A stretch of DNA of 64,000 bases from an uncultured Eubacteriaceae bacterium (GTDB lineage Bacteria; Bacillota; Clostridia; Eubacteriales; UBA1433), in assembly GCA_964581565.1 (NCBI GenBank), contig CAZOOZ010000009.1, forward strand, positions 16,145 to 80,144, read 5' to 3'. Below, piece after piece: positions 28,932-37,869 of the stretch. Under the pieces are notes generated by a model. That model saw only the letters and a program-made list of their open reading frames with translations, had not been told where the DNA came from and did no database searches. A program made the translations under genes and the position numbers. Within the stretch, counting starts at the first letter, position 1. Every line of letters starts with the position of its first letter.

Positions 28932-29234
28932 GTGGATAATAATGAAATTAATAAAGCTATTGATATTGTTAAGCAAATAAGTAGTGACAGCAATGCAGAT
29001 TATAATAATATTCAAAAAATCGCAACAGATAAAAATATTATGGAGAAAGTACAAGAAATTGATAAAAAATACGGCAATGAAATAAAAAAAATTGAAGCAA
29101 TGAAAAACGATATGACAGCGGAAGAAAAGGCTGAACTGATAATAAAACTTAAAAAAAGTATGAATAAAGAACAAAAAATAAAATTTGATCAAATTATAGA
29201 TTCGCTGAATTCATACGTAAAAAAAAATAAATAG
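28932..29234 (+). CDS. Hypothetical helical protein
   Basis: 100 aa with a GTG start after a purine-rich stretch (gagagaggcaggtgg). Lys/Glu/Asn-rich with no TM. No family recognised. Confidence 0.6.
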   Translation: MDNNEINKAIDIVKQISSDSNADYNNIQKIATDKNIMEKVQEIDKKYGNEIKKIEAMKNDMTAEEKAELIIKLKKSMNKEQKIKFDQIIDSLNSYVKKNK

Positions 29235-29243
29235 GAGAATTAT

Positions 29244-29435
29244 ATGTCTATTTTAGGTTCATTTTTTAAAAAAGACAGCGAAGAATTACGAAAAAAAAGA
29301 GCAGAAAAAAGAGAAAAAATCTTAAAACGCAATGAATTAAGAAAAATCTACAAAAAACAAAAACTGGAAAGAAAGAGAGCCAGACATAATAAATTTTATA
29401 AAGAAAATGAAAATACTGAAATCAAAGAAGATTAG
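29244..29435 (+). CDS. Hypothetical very basic small protein
   Basis: 63 aa with RBS AGGAG 7 nt before the ATG. About one third Lys/Arg (RKKRAEKREKILKRNELRKIYKKQKLERKRARHNK). Confidence 0.6.
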   Translation: MSILGSFFKKDSEELRKKRAEKREKILKRNELRKIYKKQKLERKRARHNKFYKENENTEIKED

Positions 29436-29480
29436 CATATATATATAATTAAAAGTCTAAAAAGATATATTAACCAACAG

Positions 29481-30680
29481 ATGCCTCAAAAAAGCAAGAT
29501 ATGTGAGATGAAAGAAAATATGAATAAAAGGATTGATAAAACAATCTTGAAAAGTATAAGAGGTAAAAGCGACAAAGAAACCATATCGCTCATAGTATAT
29601 ACAAACCATCAAGATGATGAAAAAATAGCTGAGGTTTTATCCAAGTACAATGTTTCGGTTAAATATAAATTAAAAGGGATCAACGCCATAGCAGTTGAGA
29701 TACCTGCATTGAATGTTAATAAAGTTGCAAGGCTTAAAGATGTAAAATATATAGAAAATGATACAAAAGTTGATATGTGCCTTAATGTTGCAAGGGCATC
29801 AATAGGTGCTGAATATGCACATGGTTTAGGGTATGACGGCAGAGGAGTCTGCGTTGCCGTGTTGGATACAGGGCTTTATCCTCACAATGATATATTGTCG
29901 AGAAAGAATGGAAAAGTAAAAGCATTTGTAGATTTTATAGGTGCAAAAGGCAAGCTTTATGACGATAATGGGCACGGCACACATGTATGTGGAATTATTG
30001 CCTCAAACGGTATTAGCTCAAATGGCAAATATATGGGTGTGGCACCCGGAGCTGATTTGATAGTTCTTAAGGTAATGGATAAAAACGGCGGTGGACTGAT
30101 ATCGGATATTGCGGCCGGTATAGAATGGATTATTGAGCATAAGGAACAATACAATATTCGTGTAGTATCTATGTCTCTAGGTGTAGATAATAGGCTGGGG
30201 CGCAATGACGCACTGCTAAAAGAAGCAGAAAGGTTATGGGATCACGGTATTGCGGTATTTGTAGCAGCAGGGAATAATGGACCTGAAAGAAAAACCATTA
30301 ATGTTCCCGGGGTATCACCAAAGCTGATAACAGTGGGATGTGTAGATGATCTGCGAACGGTTCAGCGTACCGATGATGTTATTGCCGAATTTTCATCGAG
30401 GGGACCTGCACACAAAACTGTAAAACCTGATGTTGTCGCCCCCGGGGTCGATATTATTTCCCTGAAAAATCAACAAAAACAATATGTAAAAATGAGTGGG
30501 ACATCGATGTCCACGCCAATGGCCGCAGGGATAGCAGCGCTGATGCTTCAGAAAAGACCGGACCTGACACCGCAGCAAATAAAAGATATATTAATGAAAA
30601 ACACATACTCGTTAGGTGAAGATAAGAATTCGCAAGGTAAAGGTGAATTAGATATGGTGAAAATACTGAATCAAATATAA
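29481..30680 (+). CDS. Subtilisin-family (S8) serine peptidase with an N-terminal propeptide-like domain and no signal peptide
   Basis: Catalytic triad contexts VAVLDTG (Asp), HGTHVCG (His) and SGTSMSTPMAAG (Ser). The ~100-aa N-terminal region resembles an I9 inhibitor or propeptide. The start is uncertain (ATG at 29481, 29508 or 29520). Confidence 0.9.
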   Translation: MPQKSKICEMKENMNKRIDKTILKSIRGKSDKETISLIVYTNHQDDEKIAEVLSKYNVSVKYKLKGINAIAVEIPALNVNKVARLKDVKYIENDTKVDMCLNVARASIGAEYAHGLGYDGRGVCVAVLDTGLYPHNDILSRKNGKVKAFVDFIGAKGKLYDDNGHGTHVCGIIASNGISSNGKYMGVAPGADLIVLKVMDKNGGGLISDIAAGIEWIIEHKEQYNIRVVSMSLGVDNRLGRNDALLKEAERLWDHGIAVFVAAGNNGPERKTINVPGVSPKLITVGCVDDLRTVQRTDDVIAEFSSRGPAHKTVKPDVVAPGVDIISLKNQQKQYVKMSGTSMSTPMAAGIAALMLQKRPDLTPQQIKDILMKNTYSLGEDKNSQGKGELDMVKILNQI

Positions 30681-30723
30681 TTATAAAAGTATAATGATAA
30701 AATTCTGATAATATAGATTAAAT

Positions 30724-31272
30724 ATGAATAATATTAAAAAGTTTAAAAGAAATTTATTAATTATATTTATCATTTTATTTTTATTTGTAACAGTCTCTTA
30801 TTTTATGCTTTTGAGTAAAATTAGTTTGCTCGGAACGGCTGAGTATCTATCCGTTTCTTATATTAGTAATGAAGAAGATATGAAAAATAAATACGGCCGT
30901 TCCGAGTTTGAACAAACAATTAATGATATTAGAATAGGCGTGGAAAAAATTACAACAGAATTATATTTTATTACATATTCCTGGATGAGCGGGAATTTAA
31001 CCTATAATGCCATAACATTAAATGTAGAAAATATTGATAAAAATCCATTAGGCCTTACAAATTATCAAAGCAGCTACGTTATTGATAATTTAGGAAATCA
31101 ATATTTTCCCATGTATTATAAAGAAAGCCCTTATCCACCTGATGACCCCTTAGGATATAAAAATGTTTTATTTATAAAATTTTGGCCGTTTGATTCAAAA
31201 GCCAGTACGATTACATTACATTTACAATATGGCGGAGGAAAATATATTTTTTGCAATATGCCAATAAGGTAA
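30724..31272 (+). CDS. Hypothetical membrane-anchored protein
   Basis: 182 aa with an N-terminal anchor (LLIIFIILFLFVTVSYFMLL) and a beta-rich-looking ectodomain. No strong RBS and no family recognised. Confidence 0.6.
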   Translation: MNNIKKFKRNLLIIFIILFLFVTVSYFMLLSKISLLGTAEYLSVSYISNEEDMKNKYGRSEFEQTINDIRIGVEKITTELYFITYSWMSGNLTYNAITLNVENIDKNPLGLTNYQSSYVIDNLGNQYFPMYYKESPYPPDDPLGYKNVLFIKFWPFDSKASTITLHLQYGGGKYIFCNMPIR

Positions 31273-31607
31273 TTATTAGGCAATTATTTTGTGATATAAT
31301 AAAAAAATATATGAATGGTTTATTTATAGTTTGTCGATTGGTTAGGCTGCAAGCAAGGCATCATTGACGATCTTTATAACAATAAAGTTTTATTTATTAG
31401 ATATATTTGCTATGTAGGCATATACGTTGGACAACCCTGTTAAAGCTGTCACTATCAGTGAATAACTTTCAGAACACTTCTTGGTTTTAAATATGAATAA
31501 AGATGACTTTTCTAAAAATATATAAATAGTATATTGTATTGAGATAGATATAATGTTATAAAAAGAAAACATAAATATATTAAATCAGTCTATATGAAAG
31601 GGCAACA

Positions 31608-33059
31608 ATGAAGGAAAAAATGAGAGTTAGATTTGCGCCGTCTCCAACAGGATATCTGCATATCGGTGGATTCCGCACAGCATTATACAATTATTTGTTG
31701 GCAAAAAAAAATGACGGAGAAATGATACTTCGTATTGAAGATACGGACAGGACGCGCTATGTTGAAAATGCTATCGAGGATTTAATTGAAGCACTGGATT
31801 GGTGCGGAATTCGATACGATGAAGGTGTTTATTTGAACGCTGAAAAAAAAGTTATCCAAAAAGGGCAATATGGGCCCTATATACAATCTCAACGATTGGA
31901 TATTTATCAGAAATATGTTTCTAAACTTATTGAAAAGCACCATGCATATTATTGCTTTTGCTCAAAAGAACGCGTAGATGATCTACGGGCTATGCAAGCA
32001 AAAAATAATCTTACACCTAAATACGATAAAAAATGTTTGTCTCTTTCACAAGAAGAAATACACCGAAAAATACAGGCTGGCGAAGAATATACTATCAGGC
32101 TGAATCTTCCTTTGGATACCATTATAGAATTTGATGACGAAGTATTTGGGCATATCAGCTTTAATACTAATGATATGGATGATCAGGTGCTTATAAAATC
32201 CGATGGATTTCCGACCTATCATTTTGCTGTGGTCGTTGATGACTTTCTGATGAAAATTACGCATGTAATCAGAGGTGAAGAATGGATTTCTTCTACGCCG
32301 AAGCATGTATATTTAAATCAAGTTTTAGGATTTGAACAACCTAAATATATTCATTTGCCGACTGTTTTAAATACAAGCAGAAAGAAATTGTCAAAGAGAA
32401 ATGATGATGCGGCCGTTGAAGATTTTAAAGCAAAGGGTTATTTGCCGCAAGCATTGACGAATTTTGTGGCGCTTTTGGGTTGGAGCAGTTCAAATGAAGA
32501 AGAAATCATGGATATGGATAAACTGATATCAAGTTTTGACAGTGCAAGAATCAATAAATCTGGTGCCATTTTCGACATTGACAAACTTAATTGGATGAAT
32601 ACACAATATATTAAAAATTATGACAGTTCTGCGCTGGCAAGGCTTTGCCAACCTTTCTTAACGAAGGAATGCGGTATGGATAAGCTGATATTAATTGTTG
32701 AAGCCATAAGAGACAAGATGGTTTTACTTAGTGATATTAATGCTCTTTCAGAAGTTATATTTCATAAAGATTTTATTGATGAAGAAGCGCGCGCTATACT
32801 AAATATGCCAAATAGCAGTACTGTATTAAAAGCATTAAAAGAAGGCATTGAAAATACAGCCGAATTAAATAGTGAAGAAATCAATAAAATAATAAAAAGT
32901 ATACAAAATGAATATAAGATAAAAGGAAAAGACCTGTATATGCCTATCCGTGTAGCTTCAACAGGCCAAGTCCATGGAGCCGATCTGAGCAAAATCATGG
33001 CGGCTATCGGCCGAAAAGAACTGCTGAACCGTATAGAAGAGGAAATCAAAAAGTTTTAA
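31608..33059 (+). CDS. gltX: Glutamate--tRNA ligase
   Basis: PSPTGYLHIGG (HIGH motif) and KLSKR (KMSKS motif) over 483 aa. Confidence 0.97.
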   Translation: MKEKMRVRFAPSPTGYLHIGGFRTALYNYLLAKKNDGEMILRIEDTDRTRYVENAIEDLIEALDWCGIRYDEGVYLNAEKKVIQKGQYGPYIQSQRLDIYQKYVSKLIEKHHAYYCFCSKERVDDLRAMQAKNNLTPKYDKKCLSLSQEEIHRKIQAGEEYTIRLNLPLDTIIEFDDEVFGHISFNTNDMDDQVLIKSDGFPTYHFAVVVDDFLMKITHVIRGEEWISSTPKHVYLNQVLGFEQPKYIHLPTVLNTSRKKLSKRNDDAAVEDFKAKGYLPQALTNFVALLGWSSSNEEEIMDMDKLISSFDSARINKSGAIFDIDKLNWMNTQYIKNYDSSALARLCQPFLTKECGMDKLILIVEAIRDKMVLLSDINALSEVIFHKDFIDEEARAILNMPNSSTVLKALKEGIENTAELNSEEINKIIKSIQNEYKIKGKDLYMPIRVASTGQVHGADLSKIMAAIGRKELLNRIEEEIKKF

Positions 33060-33092
33060 TAATAATTATGATACTATGACGAGGCACATGTT

Positions 33093-34370
33093 TTGGCAAA
33101 GAAAAAAGGAAAATATATAAAAAGAATCCGCAGACGTAATGCTGCTAAAATATCTATTCTTTTGCTGGTATTTATAATCGGTGTAGTTGTTGTCGCTTTA
33201 AGTAAAGAAAAAACGATGCTTCTTGAATCCCAGACTTTTATTGTATCCAAAGACGTACAAGCCTTATTTATTAAAAATGAGGCGGTACTTTATTTTGGGC
33301 ATGATATTGTTAAATCGCAAAAAGAAGGAACGAAAGTTTCTAAAAATACGGTTTTAGCCGAGCAGCTTGATACAAGTACATATGCTGAATATGAAAAGGC
33401 AGTTATTTCAGAAAAACTCAATGATTATATGTATGAAGACAAATCGTATTTTTTAAACGATGTAAAAGAAGCATTTGAAATCAGCGAAGGTTTATCAACC
33501 GATAAAGAATCTAAAATAGAAGAAAGAAACAAAATGCTTGCCGGTATAAAATATCTCTTTTATACTGAAAAACAACTAAACACACTTTATGATAAGTTTG
33601 ACAGTATTGAAAAGTCGGATGAAATAAAGTTAAAGAATACGCCGATAGACTTTACAGGACAAGTTTTTTATGAAACAGACGGCTACGAAGACATAGCTCC
33701 GACATCTGTTTTGAGTGTCCTCACACCGGAGTATTTAAATTTTGTATATAATATTCAAGAAGACGAACTTACCAAAAGAGATTCTATGGTTATAAAGGTA
33801 ATTGATAATTCATGTTTATATGTAAGTTTTATCTTGCCGCTTGATACCAAGGTTGATTATGAAACGACTGTGATGAATTATAAAACAAAAGTGTCGGGGA
33901 AAAATAATTTAGAGTATGACGAATATCATTCCTTTTTAAATCAGCGAAGGGATTTACTTGTGCAGTTCCCAAAAATAAGTTTAGAAATTGATGATAAGGT
34001 AATTAAAGGATATTTTATCGATGTTAAAGAATTTGAAAATCAAAAGATCGTCACACTTTGTATTACAAGAGATGTCGAAGACAATATCCAGTTGAGAATA
34101 GAGAATATAAAAGTATATACAGAGCAATATAATGATGTTTTTTGTATACCGAAAAGCAGTGTTTATATGAATGAAAATAATGAATATTGTATTGATATTA
34201 TCGATAAAGGAAAGATAAGAAAAACATATGTGGTAACAATAAGAGGATATGACGAGGAAAATAATAGTGTGTTAATTGATACAAAAGGCATCTATTTATC
34301 GTCTGAAAATACCGATGATGCAACTGCACAAAGCGAAAGCCTTGAAGACTATTCGTTGATATTAAAGTAA
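33093..34370 (+). CDS. Hypothetical membrane-anchored protein upstream of yggS (possibly HlyD/barrel-sandwich-like)
   Basis: 425 aa with a basic N-terminus and a single TM (ISILLLVFIIGVVVVAL). The large extracytoplasmic domain is unassigned. Coordinates are taken from the ORF track. Confidence 0.75.
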   Translation: MAKKKGKYIKRIRRRNAAKISILLLVFIIGVVVVALSKEKTMLLESQTFIVSKDVQALFIKNEAVLYFGHDIVKSQKEGTKVSKNTVLAEQLDTSTYAEYEKAVISEKLNDYMYEDKSYFLNDVKEAFEISEGLSTDKESKIEERNKMLAGIKYLFYTEKQLNTLYDKFDSIEKSDEIKLKNTPIDFTGQVFYETDGYEDIAPTSVLSVLTPEYLNFVYNIQEDELTKRDSMVIKVIDNSCLYVSFILPLDTKVDYETTVMNYKTKVSGKNNLEYDEYHSFLNQRRDLLVQFPKISLEIDDKVIKGYFIDVKEFENQKIVTLCITRDVEDNIQLRIENIKVYTEQYNDVFCIPKSSVYMNENNEYCIDIIDKGKIRKTYVVTIRGYDEENNSVLIDTKGIYLSSENTDDATAQSESLEDYSLILK

Positions 34371-34382
34371 ACGGAGAAAACA

Positions 34383-35048
34383 ATGATTAAAAATAATATT
34401 AAAAAGATAAAAAAAATCATAGAAAAAAAGAAGCCTGAAAATACAGATATACTACTTGTTGCGGTCAGTAAATATCGCGATGTAGAAAGTATACGCCAAG
34501 TTTATGACGCAGGGATAAAGAATATGGCAGAAAATAGGGTGCAGGAGTTTTTGGAAAAATATGAGGTGCTGCCAAATGATATAAGATGGCATATGATTGG
34601 GCATGTGCAAACAAATAAGGTGAAATATATCATAGGGAAAGTTTGTCTGATTCATTCCTTAGACAGTCTCCGTCTTGCGCAGGAAATACAAAAACAGTCA
34701 GAAATAAATAATGTTATAAGCGATGTATTAATTCAAATCAATATAGCTGATGAGGCGAGCAAATATGGCTTCAAAAAAGAAGAAGTAAATGAGGCGATTG
34801 CGCAAATAAGCCAAATGGAACATATACGAATTAAAGGCTTGATGTGCATTGCGCCTATTTCTGCTAATGAAATCGAATTGAATTATTATTTTAGTCAAAT
34901 GAAAAGTATTTATGAAAACCTAAAAATACTGTATAATACAGATAAAGCGGAAATGAAGTACCTGTCTATGGGCATGAGTAATGACTATAAGATAGCCGTA
35001 GAAAATGGCGCCAATATTATCCGCATAGGCAGTGCCATATTTGAATAG
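34383..35048 (+). CDS. yggS: YggS-family pyridoxal-phosphate homeostasis protein
   Basis: LVAVSKY (PLP lysine), HMIGHVQTNK and SMGMSNDY motifs. Position upstream of sepF. Confidence 0.9.
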   Translation: MIKNNIKKIKKIIEKKKPENTDILLVAVSKYRDVESIRQVYDAGIKNMAENRVQEFLEKYEVLPNDIRWHMIGHVQTNKVKYIIGKVCLIHSLDSLRLAQEIQKQSEINNVISDVLIQINIADEASKYGFKKEEVNEAIAQISQMEHIRIKGLMCIAPISANEIELNYYFSQMKSIYENLKILYNTDKAEMKYLSMGMSNDYKIAVENGANIIRIGSAIFE

Positions 35049-35066
35049 CAAGAAAGGAATATAAAA

Positions 35067-35528
35067 ATGAACGAAAAATTAAAAGGATTTTTAGGCATAG
35101 TCGAAAAGCAAGATGTGGAATTTGAAGATGTAGAAGAAATGGAATATGAAGATGAAATAGAAGAAAAAACGAGCAGACCTTACATATCAAAAAGACGGGA
35201 ATATGTTGAGGAGGGCAGTAAAACGATGAAAGAAAACAACAGACGAAAAATTGTATTAGTTGAGCCTGAAGAATTCAATGAGACACCCGGCATATGCGAT
35301 CAATTAAAAAACGGATATACGGTCGTGATCAATTTTGAAAAAGTAAAATCAGATGAAATTAAAAAATCATTTTATTTTTTAAGCGGCGTCGTATACACAT
35401 TAAACGGGAGTATTCAAAAAATAGCAAAGAATGTTTTTGTTCTTGCACCCAATAACATTGATATTGTCAGTGATAATGAAGATGATCTTTATTCTAAAGA
35501 TGTTATCAATTGGGAATTTGACGATTAA
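35067..35528 (+). CDS. sepF: Cell division protein SepF
   Basis: C-terminal SepF core (IVLVEPEEFNETPGICDQLKNGYTVVINFEKV). yggS-sepF-ylmH synteny. Confidence 0.88.
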   Translation: MNEKLKGFLGIVEKQDVEFEDVEEMEYEDEIEEKTSRPYISKRREYVEEGSKTMKENNRRKIVLVEPEEFNETPGICDQLKNGYTVVINFEKVKSDEIKKSFYFLSGVVYTLNGSIQKIAKNVFVLAPNNIDIVSDNEDDLYSKDVINWEFDD

Positions 35529-35540
35529 GTAAGGAAATAA

Positions 35541-36284
35541 ATGAACAATAATAAATTGCTGCTAGCCAAAGCAAATGACTGGGCAAGACAAGTATTAAAA
35601 AAACAAGAATGCAGTTTCTATGACTTTTTTGATCCGGCATCACAAGAGAAAATAGCAGACGTACTAAAAGAATATAAGGAATTGGGTTGTTCTTTTTATG
35701 GTGGATATGAATATGCTGAACGAAAAATGTTAGCTATCTATCCAAAGCAGGAAATGCCTGAAGAGAAGGGTTATAAGATAAGCATCCTCGGATTTAATAA
35801 TCATGATGCAATTACGCACAGAGATGTTCTTGGCGCATTGATGGGTCTTGGTATCAATAGAGAGAAAACAGGGGATATCCTTTTTAATGAAGATAAGGCC
35901 TACATCTATTTAAAAGAAAACATTGCCGAGTATGTCATAATGAATTTAAATAAAATAGGCAGTTATGAAGTTTCTTTATGCAAATACAATCATGCGGATA
36001 TTATTATTAAGGAACCCGAAGGTAAGGAACTCAATATTATTGTTGCCTCTATGAGAGCCGACGGCATCATCAGTGCTGCATTTAAAATGTCCCGCGCACT
36101 TTCTCAGCAATATGTCAAGGGCGAAAGAGTGAAAGTTAATCACCAGTTGCTTTTAAAACAAATGAAAGAACTCAAAGAAGGGGATATTGTCTCTATCCGA
36201 GGAAAAGGAAGAATTGAGATTATAAGTGAAAACGGTAATACGAAAAAAGGAAATATAAAATTAACCGTAAAGAGATATGTATGA
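35541..36284 (+). CDS. ylmH: YlmH-family RNA-binding protein (S4 domain)
   Basis: C-terminal S4-like segment (MRADGIISAAFKMSRALSQQYVKGERVKVN). Conserved position after sepF. Confidence 0.75.
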   Translation: MNNNKLLLAKANDWARQVLKKQECSFYDFFDPASQEKIADVLKEYKELGCSFYGGYEYAERKMLAIYPKQEMPEEKGYKISILGFNNHDAITHRDVLGALMGLGINREKTGDILFNEDKAYIYLKENIAEYVIMNLNKIGSYEVSLCKYNHADIIIKEPEGKELNIIVASMRADGIISAAFKMSRALSQQYVKGERVKVNHQLLLKQMKELKEGDIVSIRGKGRIEIISENGNTKKGNIKLTVKRYV

Positions 36285-37207
36285 ATAAAACAGATGGAAA
36301 TATTTATTTGATAGCAAATATGTTAGCTGAAAACAGGCGGATAGATGCATATTTGTCTGAATATTTAAAGCAATACTCCCGAACATTTATAAAAAAAATT
36401 ATAGATGACGGGGGTGTTTTTGTCGGTAATAATAGCATCAAAGCTTCTTATAAATTAAAAGAAGGCGACAGAATAAAAGTCGTCTTAAAGCAGCCCGAGA
36501 AGCTTCAAGCGATTGCCCAGAATATCAAGCTGGAAATCGTCTATGAAGATGATGATATTATTTTGATCAATAAACCGCAGGGAATGGTCGTGCATCCCGC
36601 TGCCGGAAATTACGAAAACACACTTGTAAATGCATTATTATATCATTGTAAAGGAAGCCTTTCAGGGATTGGCGGAGTGATCAGGCCGGGGATTGTTCAC
36701 CGAATTGATAAAGATACGACCGGTATAGTAGTTGCCGCGAAAAACGATGCCGCCCATCACTATTTAGCGCATCAATTCAAAACGCACAGCATTACAAGAA
36801 ATTATTATGCTATTGTGCATGGTGTTATAGAAGAAAATAAAGTGATTATTCAAGCACCTATCGGAAGAGACACCATAGATAGAAAAAAAATGACGGTAAC
36901 GGATAAGAATTCAAAATATGCCGAAACCATTTTTCGAATTTTACAGCGATACAGGGAATATACATTGGTGGATGCAGAGTTAAAAACAGGCCGTACACAT
37001 CAGATACGTGTCCATGCCTCTTATATTTTTCATCCAGTAGTCGGTGATAAGGTGTATGGGTATAAAAAGAAAAACCCTGATTTATCAGGGCAGCTTCTAC
37101 ATGCATATAAACTGGGATTTATTCATCCGCGTACGCAAGAGTATATGGAATTTTCAACGTCTCTGCCTCAAAGATTCCAAGATTTCATTGAAACCTTAGA
37201 TACTTAA
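36281..37207 (+). CDS. rluD: 23S rRNA pseudouridine synthase, RluD family
   Basis: N-terminal S4 domain, catalytic HRIDKDTTGIVV, and GRTHQIRVH. Confidence 0.93.
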   Translation: MNKTDGNIYLIANMLAENRRIDAYLSEYLKQYSRTFIKKIIDDGGVFVGNNSIKASYKLKEGDRIKVVLKQPEKLQAIAQNIKLEIVYEDDDIILINKPQGMVVHPAAGNYENTLVNALLYHCKGSLSGIGGVIRPGIVHRIDKDTTGIVVAAKNDAAHHYLAHQFKTHSITRNYYAIVHGVIEENKVIIQAPIGRDTIDRKKMTVTDKNSKYAETIFRILQRYREYTLVDAELKTGRTHQIRVHASYIFHPVVGDKVYGYKKKNPDLSGQLLHAYKLGFIHPRTQEYMEFSTSLPQRFQDFIETLDT

Positions 37208-37857
37208 TCATTGCGCAAATTCTGTATTTGTTCTACTTCTCCAAGCACCAACAACTGGCTGTCGGGCCGAATGATTTCATCAGGCGAAGGGGAAACGATA
37301 ATATCATTTTTGTTTTTAATAAGCATAATCGTAATACCATATTTTTTTCTGATATTAATTTGAGCAATTGATTTACCCGCCCAAAGAGAAGGTGCCAATA
37401 TTTCAGCTATTGAATGTTTGTCATCTAAATCAATCAATTCAAGCAGATTATCATTACACAGTTCGAGCGCCACGCGTTGTCCCATTTCAGTTTCGGGGAA
37501 ATAGACTTTGCTTACACCGATTTTATATAAAATTTTTGCGTGTGATTCCGTATACGCTTTTGCATATATTTTAGGTATACCTAGTTCAATTGCGTTAAGA
37601 GCGGTAAGAAGGGAGGCGCTTATGTCTCTGGCCAGTGCTACGATGACAACGTCCATATTGCTGATGCCGATCGCTTTAAGTGCTGCAATATCTGACCCGT
37701 CTGCTTGGACAGCATAAGTGACACTGGGGCTGATTGATTTAACGACTTCCTCGTTTAAATCCACTGCGAGCACATCGTGACTTGAGTTATATAATTCCGT
37801 CGCCAAGCTGGTGCCGAATCTTCCAAGGCCTATGACTCCAAATTGTTGTTTTTTCAT
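37204..37857 (-). CDS. ktrA: Ktr/Trk potassium uptake NAD-binding subunit (single RCK, KtrA type)
   Basis: GVIGLGRFGTSLA Rossmann motif over 217 aa. Directly downstream of ktrB. Confidence 0.88.
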   Translation of the reverse strand: MKKQQFGVIGLGRFGTSLATELYNSSHDVLAVDLNEEVVKSISPSVTYAVQADGSDIAALKAIGISNMDVVIVALARDISASLLTALNAIELGIPKIYAKAYTESHAKILYKIGVSKVYFPETEMGQRVALELCNDNLLELIDLDDKHSIAEILAPSLWAGKSIAQINIRKKYGITIMLIKNKNDIIVSPSPDEIIRPDSQLLVLGEVEQIQNLRND

Positions 37858-37869
37858 ATTTTTATTCTC

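Noticed and set aside
28071-29192. ORF-track entries 28071..28256(+), 28552..28800(+) and 28929..29192(-)
   Set aside because: They are opposite-strand shadows of P0, of P2 and of the 28932 gene. They lack an RBS, whereas the chosen strands have GGAGG-type sites.
28019-30680. RiPP or lanthipeptide locus: Cys-rich small peptides plus a LanP-like S8 protease
   Set aside because: No modification enzyme (LanB/C/M, radical SAM maturase, YcaO), ABC exporter or immunity gene lies nearby. The peptides have no leader/core organisation, and the protease lacks a signal peptide. I keep it only as a remote alternative.
31273-31607. 335-bp spacer upstream of gltX, checked for a T-box leader or sRNA, plus the ORF at 31390..31572(-)
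   Set aside because: No T-box sequence (AGGGTGGNACCGCG-like), specifier-loop stem or terminator/antiterminator pair is visible. The 60-aa ORF has no RBS and has low-complexity composition.
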